NCBI GenBank assembly: GCA_036172245.1
Contig: JAYWIR010000127.1
Span: 1-64,000, forward strand
DNA from: Raillietiella orientalis
Taxonomy: Eukaryota
Reading direction: 5' to 3'
DNA length: 64,000 nt
Shown here one piece after another: positions 24,201 through 36,316 of the stretch. Positions within the stretch are counted from its first letter, which is position 1. The number at the start of each line of letters is the position of its first letter. The translations under genes were made by a program, and so were the position numbers. The notes under the pieces are model-generated. The model was given only the letters and a program-made list of their open reading frames with translations, was not told where the DNA came from and searched no databases.

Positions 24201-26856
24201 ATTCCTTAAAGATGACCCAGTCAGCGAGATTCCGGAGGGTGATGCCTCTCAGGAATTGGCGAACGTGTTCCTTCGCACCTTAGAGCCGCTTCCAGTCCCC
24301 AGGCAGCCGCCAGGCCCTTAAAGGGTGTCCTTTGTAGCGCGGGCATACCTCTGCGATTAACCAAGAATGGTCCGACAGCGTCGACGCAACTCTCCCCCGT
24401 TTGCCGACCCGCGAGCACAGGTCGGCATCCAGGAAGACGTGGTCCATGCTGCGGTCCATTCCCTCCACGTCCGCCAGCAAGTTATGTGTGCGCATGGCAG
24501 TGCACAGCTAGTTGTCCGTGCGTACTTCTTCTTTAAGCTCACCAGACAGCAGACGAAGATTAAAGTTCTCAGCTATCAGGTGTGCCTTCCGCACGTTCGT
24601 ATCGGCCAGCCATTCGCGCATAAGGGTTTCCAGCAGCCTGGTACGGTCGCTGTATCCCTTTTTTCCGCTCGAAGCGTATACATTCGTGACGATCAGGTCG
24701 ATCGAATCGGACCAGCTGAGAATCAGCTGACCGACCCGACCGTCGTCATCGAAGCGCACGCCCTTCACGGCAGCGTCGATGGCCGGCTTCACGAAGAACG
24801 CGACCCCGCAGGAGTTGCGGAGGCCACATCGCCAAAACAGGCGACCCCCCGCGATCGTCTCGATCTCCTGGACGTCTGCCGCGGTGATCAGGTGGATCTC
24901 CTGCAGCAGGGCCAGGTCGAAGTCACGCAGGGTGTCGGCCGTATCTCGTCTGTTGCCGTCGTCGCGCAGCCCGTTGACGTTCCAACTGGCCATGCGGATC
25001 CGAGGCGACAGGCGAGCCCAGGTGTTATTCCTGAGAAATTGGCTCTGCGGCGTCCGCCACCTGTTCGGGCGGGACGCTAGGTGGAGGGGGAGGGTCAGGT
25101 GCTGAAGGCACCTGGTTTCCCTCCTCCATGTGTAACGGCGCGTCGTCCGGTTCACCCTCAGGTGGGGTCGCGCCTCCCTGTTCGCCCTCCTCCATGGAGG
25201 CGGGCTGTTCAGGTTAGGCGACTACAGGGGAGACTTCGCCTCCCTGTTCACCATCCTTCATGGGGGTGGCCTGCTCGACAGCTTCCGTGAGTGGGAATTC
25301 CACCTCCAGGTTTCCCACGCTGGCGTCGGCTTCCAGCTTCTTCTCCTCGCTCGTGGAGGGGAGGCGTGGAGGGTTTTTAGGACTTACGTCCCGTCTACCG
25401 GGGTGGTTCATCCGAGGAGGAGAATGCACTTCCGGCCCCCAGGTCGAACTCACCTTCGGGGGCCTTCTTCGGCGGAGCCGGCCTGCGCACGGCCTTGCGT
25501 GAGGGGTTGTCACCTCGGCCAGAGTGACCGCGAGCTCCTCCGCCGCATTCGCGAAGGCGGCGTCCTCACCGTCGGCGCGCGCATCGCGCGGCTCACCTTC
25601 TGTGTAAACAGAGGGTTCGTCGTCATGAACCTCGAGCGCGGCGGAAACAGCTAGGGGAGGCTCGTCGCCCCAGGTGGCAGCCTCAGGAACGCTTACGCGA
25701 TCCAGTGCTACCGAGCACTCGCGGAGTTTTTCTGACAACGGCGCGGCTTTATTCTTTTTGCCGGCCGTGTTCTTGTTTTCCGTTTTCTTCAGTGGTTCTT
25801 TCATCACTTGTTTCTCCTTCCTGACCTTGACCAGTTGCCTTCCTTCCTCAACTCCCGCGTCTTCCGCGGTTTTATCCTCCGACGCTTGGGTGAGAGGAAG
25901 AGGAGGTGGCGGCTGGGGCCGGCCAGTTTCTCGCTTAGGTCTTTCGACCTTGTTCATTTTTTAAGCCTGCGCCTTTTTGGCAGCAGGTGGCACCAAGGAG
26001 GGGCGTTTAGGGCACACACGACGCACGTGTCCCTTAAACCCGCACAAGTGACAATGTTCGGGCACTGCTTGCGCAAGTGCCCTACTGCATTGCAAAAGCC
26101 ACAATAGCGGGGTTTCCCTACGTACCAGAGGTCGACGGATTCCTTCGTGACCTCGACTTTGTGGGGCAATTCAGCACTCTCATTGACAGTGACACGCGCT
26201 GCAGCCTGGTCTCCGAAATGGCTATGCAAGCCTTCCAAGATGGTGAGCTTTGGCCACAACGCGTGTATCTCTCCGTATTTCATCAACTCGTAATTGACCG
26301 CCGAGCGCGTCATCCGATTTGTTATTCCGGTTAGATGGACCACTACGGAGCGGTCCATGCTAACCGGTAGGATTTTCCGGCCATCCACATTCAGCGGGGT
26401 GTTTATCAGGCGCTGTGCTAAGGCTACGTCTTTGCAGACGACCTCCACGCGCTGCCCCCCGCTGAGTACGGAGAGGCCGTCAATATCCTCTTCTCTTACA
26501 TAAAAGTCCTGTAGCGCCTTACTGAAGGCTTAAGCTGTGCGATTATCAAACAGGGGTCCTACCTTATAAACCAGAGATGGCTTATATCCTGAGGCCCTGT
26601 AAGCCGCTTGCTCCGCCAAGGTTTCCGCGCTCGGCGCGGCCACCATGGCGCTCCACGTCCTTGGCGTTGTCGGGGATGATTCCACGGCGGACCCAGTAGG
26701 CCGTGGGGGGGGACTAGGCTTCCCTTCGCCTACCTCCATCGTGGTGTCCTCTGGCAGCGATGCCATCGGATACCAACGATGTGAAAAAACACACACTTTC
26801 CAAGAAGAAACCACTTCCCGGTACTTGTTGACGGAGCAACGGAAAAACACGTCCTT
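21224..26856 (-). mobile_element. Full-length (~5.6 kb) LINE, subfamily B, inserted antisense into the ORF2 of the + element
   Basis: 5' motif at 26841-26854, ORF1 start MASLPEDTTMEV (~26766), CCHC, APE, RT AYADD, zinc finger CARCGERESL and 3' hairpin at 21230-21256. Confidence 0.93.
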
Positions 26857-29764
26857 CCTTAACGAAAGGGCGTATTTGCACGCCCGTCGTTTCTCGAGGA
26901 CCCCTAACATCCGTCGCTTGGAGGAATACAAACCCGGGGCCGAGCGTCAAGCCTGGCAATCCGGGCCGCCCAGCGTGCTGGACGACCTGCACCAGAAATA
27001 CTCGGACCCGGCATCGATACGTCACCTCGTGCGTGGATTTTACTCCTTCTTTTACGCCAGGGTACCTGCGGAGTGGGACGTCTCGCGACGCTTGCTCCCA
27101 GATGGAGCCCCGGCCACAGGGGAGGAGGAGAAAGAAAGCCTCGACGAGCCCTTTACGACCGGTGAAATCATCCCCGCTATTAAAAGGCTCAAGAAGCGTA
27201 AGGCTCCAGGGGAGGACGGCCTGCCGGCGGAGTTCATTCAGAGCTTCGCGGCAGAGCTGACCCCCTTGGTGCTCCAATTGACACGGCTTATCCGAAACGA
27301 AGGCAGTGTTCCCGCCTCGTTTTGGTCAGCCAGGGTGAGGCTCCTTCCTAAGGGAGGAGACCTCAGAAAATTATGCAACTGGCGTCCGATCACGATTGTG
27401 AACACGGACTCCAAGCCGCTGGCTGGACTGTGAGCTGCGCGACTGGGGCAGGTAGCTGACAGCTTCGTCAGCCCGGAACAGACGTACGCTGTTCCCGGGC
27501 GAAGCATGGAAGCGAACCTATTCTTCGCCAGCACATGGTTCCATGTGCAACGCGAGAAAAATTTGGAAAAAGAACGGAATGTCGACAATCCTGATTTGGA
27601 AGCGCCAGCGCAGCAAGTAAGGGACGACCGGGAAGGGAAGGGGGCTTTAGCGATCGCAGTCGATCTGCACAAATCGTTCGATTGCGTGGACCAGGAACTC
27701 CTTCTGGAGCTCTTGGATTGCATTGGCTTCCCGGACACCTTAACGGTCTACCTGCGCTCCTGCTGGCGCAATGCTAACATCAACTTGTTTTTCAGATGCC
27801 AGCACGGGTTCGGCGTGCCGGTGAGGCGCGGCATCCGGCAGGGCGACAGCCTGAGTCCCCTGCTCTTTAGCACCTATTTCGAACTCGTGATGAGAGCATA
27901 CAGGGTGACATTGGCTGCCCTGCCAAGCTCGTGTCCAGGTACGCCGGCCGTATCGCCTCACGCCGATGATCTTCTGCTCCTTTTGCTAATGTCCGCCCCG
28001 GCAGCCGCAGTCATGGATTTCTTCGATCTGCTAAGCCGCGGGACTGGACTACGGGTAAATAAGGCGAAGTCATCGGTGATAGCGGTTGGTGCGAATTGGG
28101 TCGGACGGCCTGACTGGATCCGCTTGGGGATCCCCACAGAGAGGTACTTGAAGAACCTCGGCGTTCCGTTGGAGGACTTCTGCCAGTCAGAAGCCTGGTC
28201 AGGTCGTCTCCAAAAAGTGGAGTCAGCGATCGGCCCGTTCCTGGAAGGCAAGCTTTACTTGCCGGAACGGGCCGCGGTGTGGAACGCGTTTGCGGCCCCC
28301 CTCCTTCGCCCTCTGCTTTTTGTTTGCCCCGTACCCCGTGAACTGGAAAAAAGAACAAAGGACTTCCTACGCATTGTTGTGTGGGGAGGCGGGAGGCCTC
28401 ATGTGCCTTTAAAGGATTTGTGCGCTCCACGTCGGGAAGGAATTCTTATCGTCCTGACGATGGAGCGAATGGAAAACACAGCTGCGGACGCGCACTCTAG
28501 CCATCGCAGCAAAAATGTGGAACACCCCTTGGTGCGTTCCAGCCCGCCTTCTCGCCAGACGTCTGTCCGGGACTGTAGGACTCGCGTTTTTTCTTCTGTG
28601 CCCCGGCCGGAAAAAAAGATGCGGACTTCTCCTGGGACGCATGGCCACCCTGGCAAAAAGGAACGGGTGGATGGCCTGCAGCCCTGCCAACTCCAGCGTA
28701 TGGCTGAAAGAAACAGTTGGAACGTGGGCAAAGTTGAAACACATCACTGGAGAATCCTGCAACCGCCTGCGCACCGGCATTTACACCCGCTGTACGCTGC
28801 GAAACATGATCATTTGTCCCACCAGAAGCACTTGGGCGGAGACGACCCCACTGGCCACGGCGCTGCCCTTCCTACGAAGGGCGCTTCGAAACAGACGAAA
28901 GCCGAGATGGCAAGTCTCCTGCCGGATAGCGGGCAAAGAGAAGGATCTAAGCGGGTGGACAATGAGGGAACTGGCAGACGCCGCAACCCCAAGCGTTCAC
29001 CCGCATTGAATACGGAGATGGGGCAAGCTGCTTGGCATCCCGGCGGATGACCTAGAGTGGCCCTCGTTATTTACAGACGCATCCACCCTCCTCTTCAAGT
29101 GGCAGGAAACGGGGCTGTTGTTGTTGCACTGAGGTCTTTCCTGCAACGAGCGCCGCCACCACTGGACGTTGGGGAACGTGGGGCAGAACTGTGCAGTGTG
29201 CGGGGAGAAGGAATCCCTCCCCCATCTGTTAGTGGACTGCGGTGCCCTCCGGCCCTTGTTGAAACGTTATGCTACGACCCTCCCTATGCCGGTCGGCAGT
29301 ACCCCCAGAGACGCTGTGAGACTCCTCTTCGTGCGAGACGCCCTGTCACCAGCCTCAACCCTGGCAGCGCTCTGCTGCCTCCGAGGGATTGTGGCCGCCT
29401 GGAGCGAAGCCAACAGAGGAAGCAGCAACCGGGACTTCATCGTACACGCGGGTCGCTACCTGCGAATCGCGATCGGATGGTTCCATCTGGTAGCTATGAC
29501 GAGGGACCTCGAGGGCATCCTGGAAAGAATGGTCCTCTTCTACAGCGGGCTGTGATCCCTTCCCGGCCCTCCAAATAGTTTCTTTTTGTTATTTCATTTA
29601 TTTTTCTTTTTGTTTTACCCCCTATCCCCTCCGTTGCCGAGGAGGACAAGCTGGCCTCAGAACCGGCTTCCTGGCAGGTCCGATGAAATATTGGCCGTAG
29701 CGGGGCCCAGTACCGCAAATGTAAAGTGTTTTTTAATAAACACCATGGCGTGACCGGGTGAAAA
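26857..29764 (+). mobile_element. LINE 3' half (linker, RT, zinc finger, 3' end); continuation of 18793-21223
   Basis: Resumes at NERAYLHARR, then DLHKSFD, GIRQGDSLSP, HADD and CAVCGEKESLPHL. Terminal motif at 29735-29760. Confidence 0.92.
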
Positions 29765-32247
29765 TTTCCCCGCGTCTAGTGGAAGCAGTGCGCGTTGCAG
29801 GGTAGACCTAAGTACAACAGCAGAAGCGCCGTCTCTTGCCAATTTAGAGGAACAAGTCTGGATCCGATGAATACTGGGGGCCACTTCAGGTCATCAGTCG
29901 GAATGCCGAGGAGCTCATTCCATTTCAAAAGTCCGCGCGGGAAAGCACTAGGGGTCGTGGCGTCTGCCAGCTCTCCCATGGTCCAACCGATCATCTTTTT
30001 TTCGTTTCCTGCGATTTGGCAAGAGACTTGCCACTCTGGCAACAGGCCACTTGTTAAATCCCTCCGTAGAAAGGGCAGCGTTGAAGCTAAAGGGGTGATC
30101 TCAGCCCACGTGCTCCTTGCGGGACACTTCAGAGTGCTCCGTCGGGTGCAGCCGGCGTTGGGGCCGAATCGCAAGCGGTTCCAATTTTCGGTTCCTGGGT
30201 TGTTCAGCTAGGCCCACCTCGCAACGGATTCCTCCTGCCGAGCGGAGGAGTTGGCGGGGCTGCATATTGTCCAGCTGTTTTCCTTCACCAGGGCTTCGAT
30301 GCGTCCAAGGAGAAGGCCGCATCTCCTGACTCTCCGGCAGGGGCACAGAAGGAAAGACGCGAGTCCTTGCGTGCTGGATACACGACTGGCGAGGATGCGC
30401 GTCGGAGCGCACCAGGGGGTGTTCCACGTCTTTGCTGCGATGGCGAAGGTGCGCCATTGCAGCTGTCTGTCCAAACGCTCCAACGTCAGGAAGCCAATTC
30501 CTCCGTCACGACGCGGAGCGCATATGTCCTTAAGAGGTGCACGAGACCTCCCACTGCCCCAGAAGGCGGCCTTTAGTCCTCTTCTTTAGGTCACGGGGGA
30601 CAAGGCACAGAAAAAGCAGAGGGCGGAGGATGAAGGCCGCCAACGCGTTCCACACCGCGGCCCGTTCCGGCAGAAGGAACTTGCCTTCCAGGAACGGGCC
30701 GATTGATAACTCTACCTTTTCGAGACGACCTGAGCAGGCTTCTGCGAGGCAGAATACCCCCAACGGGACACCCAGGTACTTCAGGTACCTGACCTTGGGG
30801 ATCCATATGCGGATCCAGTCAGGCCGTCCATCCCACGTCGCACCCACCGGTTCCACCGGCGACTTCGCCTTGTTTAACTGCAGTCCAGTCCCACGGCTTA
30901 GCATGTCGAAGAAATCCTTGACTGTGGCTGCAGGAGCGGGCATGGGCAACATCAGCAGAAGATCGTCGGCGTACGCAGCCACTGCGGCTGCATGCCAGCG
31001 CAAGAGCTCGGTATGGGGGACAAAGTCACCCTGTACGCTCTCAGCACCAACTCAAAGTAGGTGCTAAAGAGAAGAGGACTGAGGCTATCACCCTAATGTA
31101 TGCCTTGCCGCACCGGCATGTTGTGCACCTGTTGACACGAAAAAATGATGTTTACAATAGCGTTGCGCCAGCAGGAGCGCATGTGGGAAATCAGGGAGGG
31201 TTGGAAGCCTATGCGAACCAGGAGCTCTAACAGTAGCTTCTGGTCCACGCTGTCGAACGCCTTATGCAGATCGACCGCGATCGCTTGGGCGCCCTTTCCA
31301 GCCTTGGTATCGGTTCTTAGCCCCGCTGGCGGCAACAAAGTAAGCCTGCCAATCTTGCTCCCTGATTCGTTTGGGTAGCGTCGCACATGGAACCATGTGC
31401 TCGCGAAAAACAGGTTGGCAACCATACTTCGCCCGGGAACAGAGTATGTCTGCTCCGGGCTAATTATGGAGTCTGCCACCTATCCTAGACGCGAAGGCCA
31501 CAGTCTAGCAATTAGCTTGGTGTCCGTGTTAACAATTGTGACCAGACGCTAATTGCTCAGTGATCTCAGGTCTCCTCCCTTTGGAAGCAGCCTCAATTGG
31601 GCTGACCGAAACGAAGCGGGAACGTCACCTTCGTCTCGGATCAGCCTGTTCAACTGAAGCACCAGTGGTGCCAACTCTGTCGCGAAGCATCGGAAAAACT
31701 CCGCGGGCAGGCAGTCCTCCCCTGGTGATTTCCTTTTTTTGAGCCTTTTAATACCGGCGAGAATTTCACCGGTAGACAAAGGCTCGTGGAGGCTAATCGT
31801 CTCTTCCTCCCCTATTGCCGGAGTTCAGTCAGGAAGCAGGAGCCGCGAGGCATCACGCTCTGAGGGTGCCCTGACGTAGAGGGAGTAGTAGAATCGTCGC
31901 ACGAGGTGCCTGATCGCGGGTGGGGCCGAGCGTTCCTGGCCCTCGTCGTCCAGCAAGCTGGCCGACCCGGATTGCCAGGCTTCACGCTCGGCCCCGGCTC
32001 AATATTCGGCCTGGCGACGGACATTGGGGGTCCTCTCTTACCATCAGGCCTGTAAATAGGCCGTATGGTTGCGAGTCCCCTTCCCAAAATGGGGGGGCAG
32101 GCGGTGCAAGGGGAACTCCTCGCAGAACTCGCGGACCGAGGCCTTAAAAGGTCCCTGTCAGCGATATTCCGGAAAGTGACACCTCTCAGGAATTAGCGAA
32201 GGTGTTCTGTCGGCCCTGAAAATCGCGTCCAGTCACCAGGCAGCCGC
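29765..32247 (-). mobile_element. LINE ORF2 central part; continuation of 18178-18792
   Basis: WQETALLLL, AYADD, KYLGV, DLHKAFDSVDQ and KSPGED. Confidence 0.9.
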
Positions 32248-34205
32248 ATTCCTGTTCAGGTACGCCGACAGTGGCAGCCTATGCCGACGACCTGCTTCTT
32301 CGGTTGCCCATGTTCATCCCGGCGGCTTCGCTTGAAGATTTCTTTCAGTTGATCCGTCGCGGTGCGGGCGTGAGCGTCAACAGGAGCAAGTGCATGATTG
32401 TTTCGGTTGGAGCGACGTAGGAGGGGCAGTCCTACTGGATCCGCCTGAGAAACCCCACGGGCAGGTACCTAAGGTAAATTGAAGTGCTTTTGGGCGACTT
32501 CGGCATCTCAGAAGCGTGGTCGGACTGCCTTCGGAAAGCAGAGCGTGCACTTGGCGCGTTCTCAGGAGGCGAGTTCGTCTTGCCGGAACGGGTTAGCATC
32601 CGGAAGAACTTCGTTGCCTTTCTCCTCCGCCCCCTGGTTTTTGTTTGTCCACCTACCCAGGAAGTCAAAGTCTTGGCGCAGCGCCTTCTGCGCAAAACGT
32701 TGTGGGGCGCTGCACGATCCCGCGTAAGACTTAAACACTTGGTGGCGCCGCGTCAGGATGCACGCTTGGGCATCCTAGACTTAAAACCCATCGAGCTGCA
32801 GGTGCAGTTTCGAATGATGCGGCTCTTTTCCAAGCTGTGGTGTACGCCGTGGTGCTTACCCGCACGAATTATTCTAAGGCGCTGCACAAGAAGCGAGAAA
32901 CTGCTTTCGTTGCTGCCTTACATTCGGCACACCAGAATAAGGTTTGGCCTCCCGCTGAGGCAGCTGTCCTCACTGCTGGAAGCCCAATTTTGGAACTTCT
33001 GCCGCCCCATGAACATAAATGCATGACGGCAGAAATCTTTTTCTTCGTGGGCAGCATTCGAATTAACGGCCCTGAAGTTCTTCGACGCCTGCGACTTCTC
33101 CTCGGTCATCAAATGGACGAAGTCATGCAGGACAAAAAGATGTCGGATCGTTTGGCCTCCACACTACTCGCCGCAGCGCTGTGTGCCCTCAGGGCAAGCG
33201 ACGACAGTTGCCTACCGGCAAAATGGGAGTTCTCCTGCTCAAAAGCGGGAGTCTGTAAGCTCCTTGGCTGCTGGACTACAAAGGAGCTGTGGAAACTGCC
33301 ACTCTTCGTAATCGGGCGAAGGGCCTGCTTCGGTGGAGTGAACATTTAATTGTACCCCCCGAAGAGATAGTGGTTCCCCCCGTTTGTTTGGACAGCTCCG
33401 TGTTCCCTTTAAAGTGGAAACAAGATGTTCTGCTCTTTTTACATTGTGCATTACACTGTAATAGGCAGCGAAGCATCGTTTTCGGGGGAGCTGCTTTGCC
33501 AAACTGTTTAAGGTGCGGAGAGATCGAGTCTTTTCCGCACCTCTTGCTGGACTGCGGTGACCTTCGTGAACTGTAACGAAGGCTGATTTCAGCCAAGATG
33601 TTGCAGGGAGGCACTGCCATTGATGTGCTGCGGCGCTTCTTCAGGAGGAATGGATTTTCGGTAGGCGCGAATGTCGCAACCATGTGTTGCATTCGCGCCA
33701 TCGTGAAGGCCCGCTACGCCCTGGAGGTGTCAGCGCAGCAAAGGGAGTTTCACAGGTTTGCAGCAGAATTGATGCAACAGGCTGTTAGGTAACTTTATCT
33801 TCGTGACAAGGTCAAAAAGGACATCGACGGCATCCATCGCCGGTTTACGGACTTCTAGGAACGGCTTAATCCGGTGATCACTTCGTCCTGAAGCTTACCC
33901 ATACCCCTTCTCCGCTCGCTCTGCTAAACTGCAGGTGCGATTACTTTTATCCAAGTGCGAACCATAGCGATCCCAAAGTCCCTTGTCCCGGCGTCCACCA
34001 TTGATTTCTTTTTTTTTTGTTTTTGTTTGTTTGTTTTCTTAGTTCCCACATACCATTCTGTGTTATTCTGTCCTGCGTGCCAACAATATTCTCTTGATAC
34101 TTGTGCCGAGGTCGGTTGGGAGGCATGGTCCCCAACTGGTTTATTTTATATAATTGTGTCTGTTGAATTTTTATGAAATAAACGCCCCGGCGTGACCGGG
34201 TGAGA
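32248..34205 (+). mobile_element. LINE 3' part (from RT YADD to 3' end)
   Basis: Starts at TPTVAAYADD and includes CLRCGEIESFPHL. Ends AATAAACGCCCCGGCGTGACCGGGTG at 34177-34202. Confidence 0.9.
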
Positions 34206-36316
34206 AATCTGGGCGTTCTCCGCAATGATCACGTGGATCTCCTGCAGGAGCGCCAGGTCGAAGTCACGCAGGGTGGCGGCCGTGTCCCGTCTGTTGCCGT
34301 CGTCGCGTAGCCCGTTCACGTTCCAACAGGCCACGCGTAATCGACAGCGACAGGCGAGACCAGGTGTTATTCCTGGGAAAGTGGCAATGGGGTTCCCGTC
34401 ACCTGGTCGGTCGGGACGGATGGAGGAATGGGGTCACAGCTCACCGGTTCTCCCTACTCAATGGGGGCTGAATCCTCGGCGGACTGCTACGGTTGAAGGG
34501 GCAGGTTTCACACACGTGCTCCCCCTCTCCCATGGGGGTCGATTCGTTGGCTGCTCTGGACGGCAGGGGGGAGCGGTGTTGAACACTCTGCTCTTCCTAC
34601 TCCATGGTTTTCTCCTCAGCAGGTCCCACCGTTGGAAGGGGGCGGCAATGACTTACCTTCTCCCTCTCCTCCATAGGGGTGGCCAGCTGCTCGGTAGCGG
34701 AGGGTGGGAAAATCCCTCTCTCCGTTCCTATGCTACCGGCTTCCCCCTCGGCTGCCGGTGCATTACCCTCCTTCTTTGTCGGGATGCGCCTTTTCGGATT
34801 CTTGGACTTCCGTCCAGTATTCTTCGTAAGCGCCTCCGCGGAGGAGAACTCACTTCCGGCATCCGGGTCGTGGTCACCTGTCAGAGGTGCCCTGGTCGCC
34901 GCCGGCCTTCGCAAGGCCTTTCGCGCTTCGTTCTCACGGTCCGCGAGTTCAGCCGCGAGCTCTTCCGCCGCGTGTTGGAAGGCGGCGTCTTCGATTGCGG
35001 GGAGCGCGTCGCTCGTCTCCCCCTCTCTTTGTGCAGAGGGTTCGCCTTCCGCGGTCGCAACTTCGTCGTCAACGAGAAGGGTAATATCTCCCTCGGTGGC
35101 GGTTTCGGAGACATCCACACGCTCAAAAGCGACCGAACATTCGCGGAGTAAAGCGCGGCGTTATCTCCTATTGAATTGAGATGTCGCGGGTTTCGCTGTC
35201 GGGCCTTCGGTTTTCTTGATCTTTTTGCTATTCGGCTTCGCCTTATGCCAGCCCTCGCTGTCTCCAGAGTCGTCGGGAGTATCGTCGATTGGAGCTTGCT
35301 GTACGGGTTCTGGAACTGGCAGTGGGTTCCGCTTCTCGGGTCCCTCCTTAGGCTTTTCCGTTCGCCCCGCGTGTTTCCCTTTGGCTTTTTTCAAGGCAGG
35401 GAGAGCCGGGGTTTCGCGTTTAGGACACACCTTCCGCAGGTGGCCCTTTCCGCCGCAATGGAAGCACTGGATGTGGGGGCATCCTTTTTTAAGGTGCCCT
35501 GGGGCATCGCAGTGTCAACAGTACTTGGACTTTCCCACCTAGAAGATGTCGACGACTTCGTTGCTGACATCTAGTTTGTGAGGTAGCCCAGCGTTTTCGT
35601 TGACGGTCACACGCGCTGCAGCCATGCCACCGAAGAGTCTTCCGTAACTTTGGAAGATGTTCGGCTTGGTCCATACCGCGTGTAACGTACCGAATTTACT
35701 TAATTCCTCCTTCACTCCGCTTTTTGACATGCGGAGGGACACTGCAGTAAGATGCGCTACCACAGAGCGATCCTTGGTAATCGGAAAGACCCTTCTGCCT
35801 TCCAGCATAAGGGGAGTATTCAGCAGGCGCTGAGCCAAGCTTGCAGCTTTGCAAGTTAGCTTCACCCGCTGACCCCCCTGAGCACTGAAAGACATTCCAG
35901 GTCCTCCTCTTTTACATCTACCCGCTGCAACTTCCTCTCGAAGTTGCGGGCAGTTTTCCCCAAAGACAAATTTCTTACTTTCTAAATCAAGGACGGCTCT
36001 TAACCTTCTTTAATGTAGGCGCGCTTTTCTGCTGCATATGCAGGAGATGGCTCTCCAGGACTTCGTCGTTGCCGAAGAAGGTTCTAAGGAGGCGGTCTCT
36101 TCCTTTTTCAAGAAGGCGGTTGCCCTCTCCTCCGTGGGGGCAGTTGCCCTCACCTTAATGTGTTGTGGAGAGGAACAATCCTCTCCCCCGCCGACTTCCA
36201 TCGCGGTGTCTTAAAGAATTTCGGCCATTGGACACCGCCGATGCAACAGACAAAAACACTAACGAAAACAAACGCTTAACAACAGGCGCAAAGGAGCGCG
36301 GAAAAAACACGTCCGC
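34206..36316 (-). mobile_element. LINE 5' part (5' end, ORF1, start of APE)
   Basis: 5' motif at 36301-36314, DRSVVAHLT, CCHC remnants and ACWNVNG..LQEIH. Confidence 0.9.

Noticed and set aside
26645..27433. 262-aa ORF and other junction-spanning ORFs (N-terminus of 18734-19960, 4457-5206) as novel genes
   Set aside because: They are chimeric frames that run across element junctions; each part is explained by a LINE.
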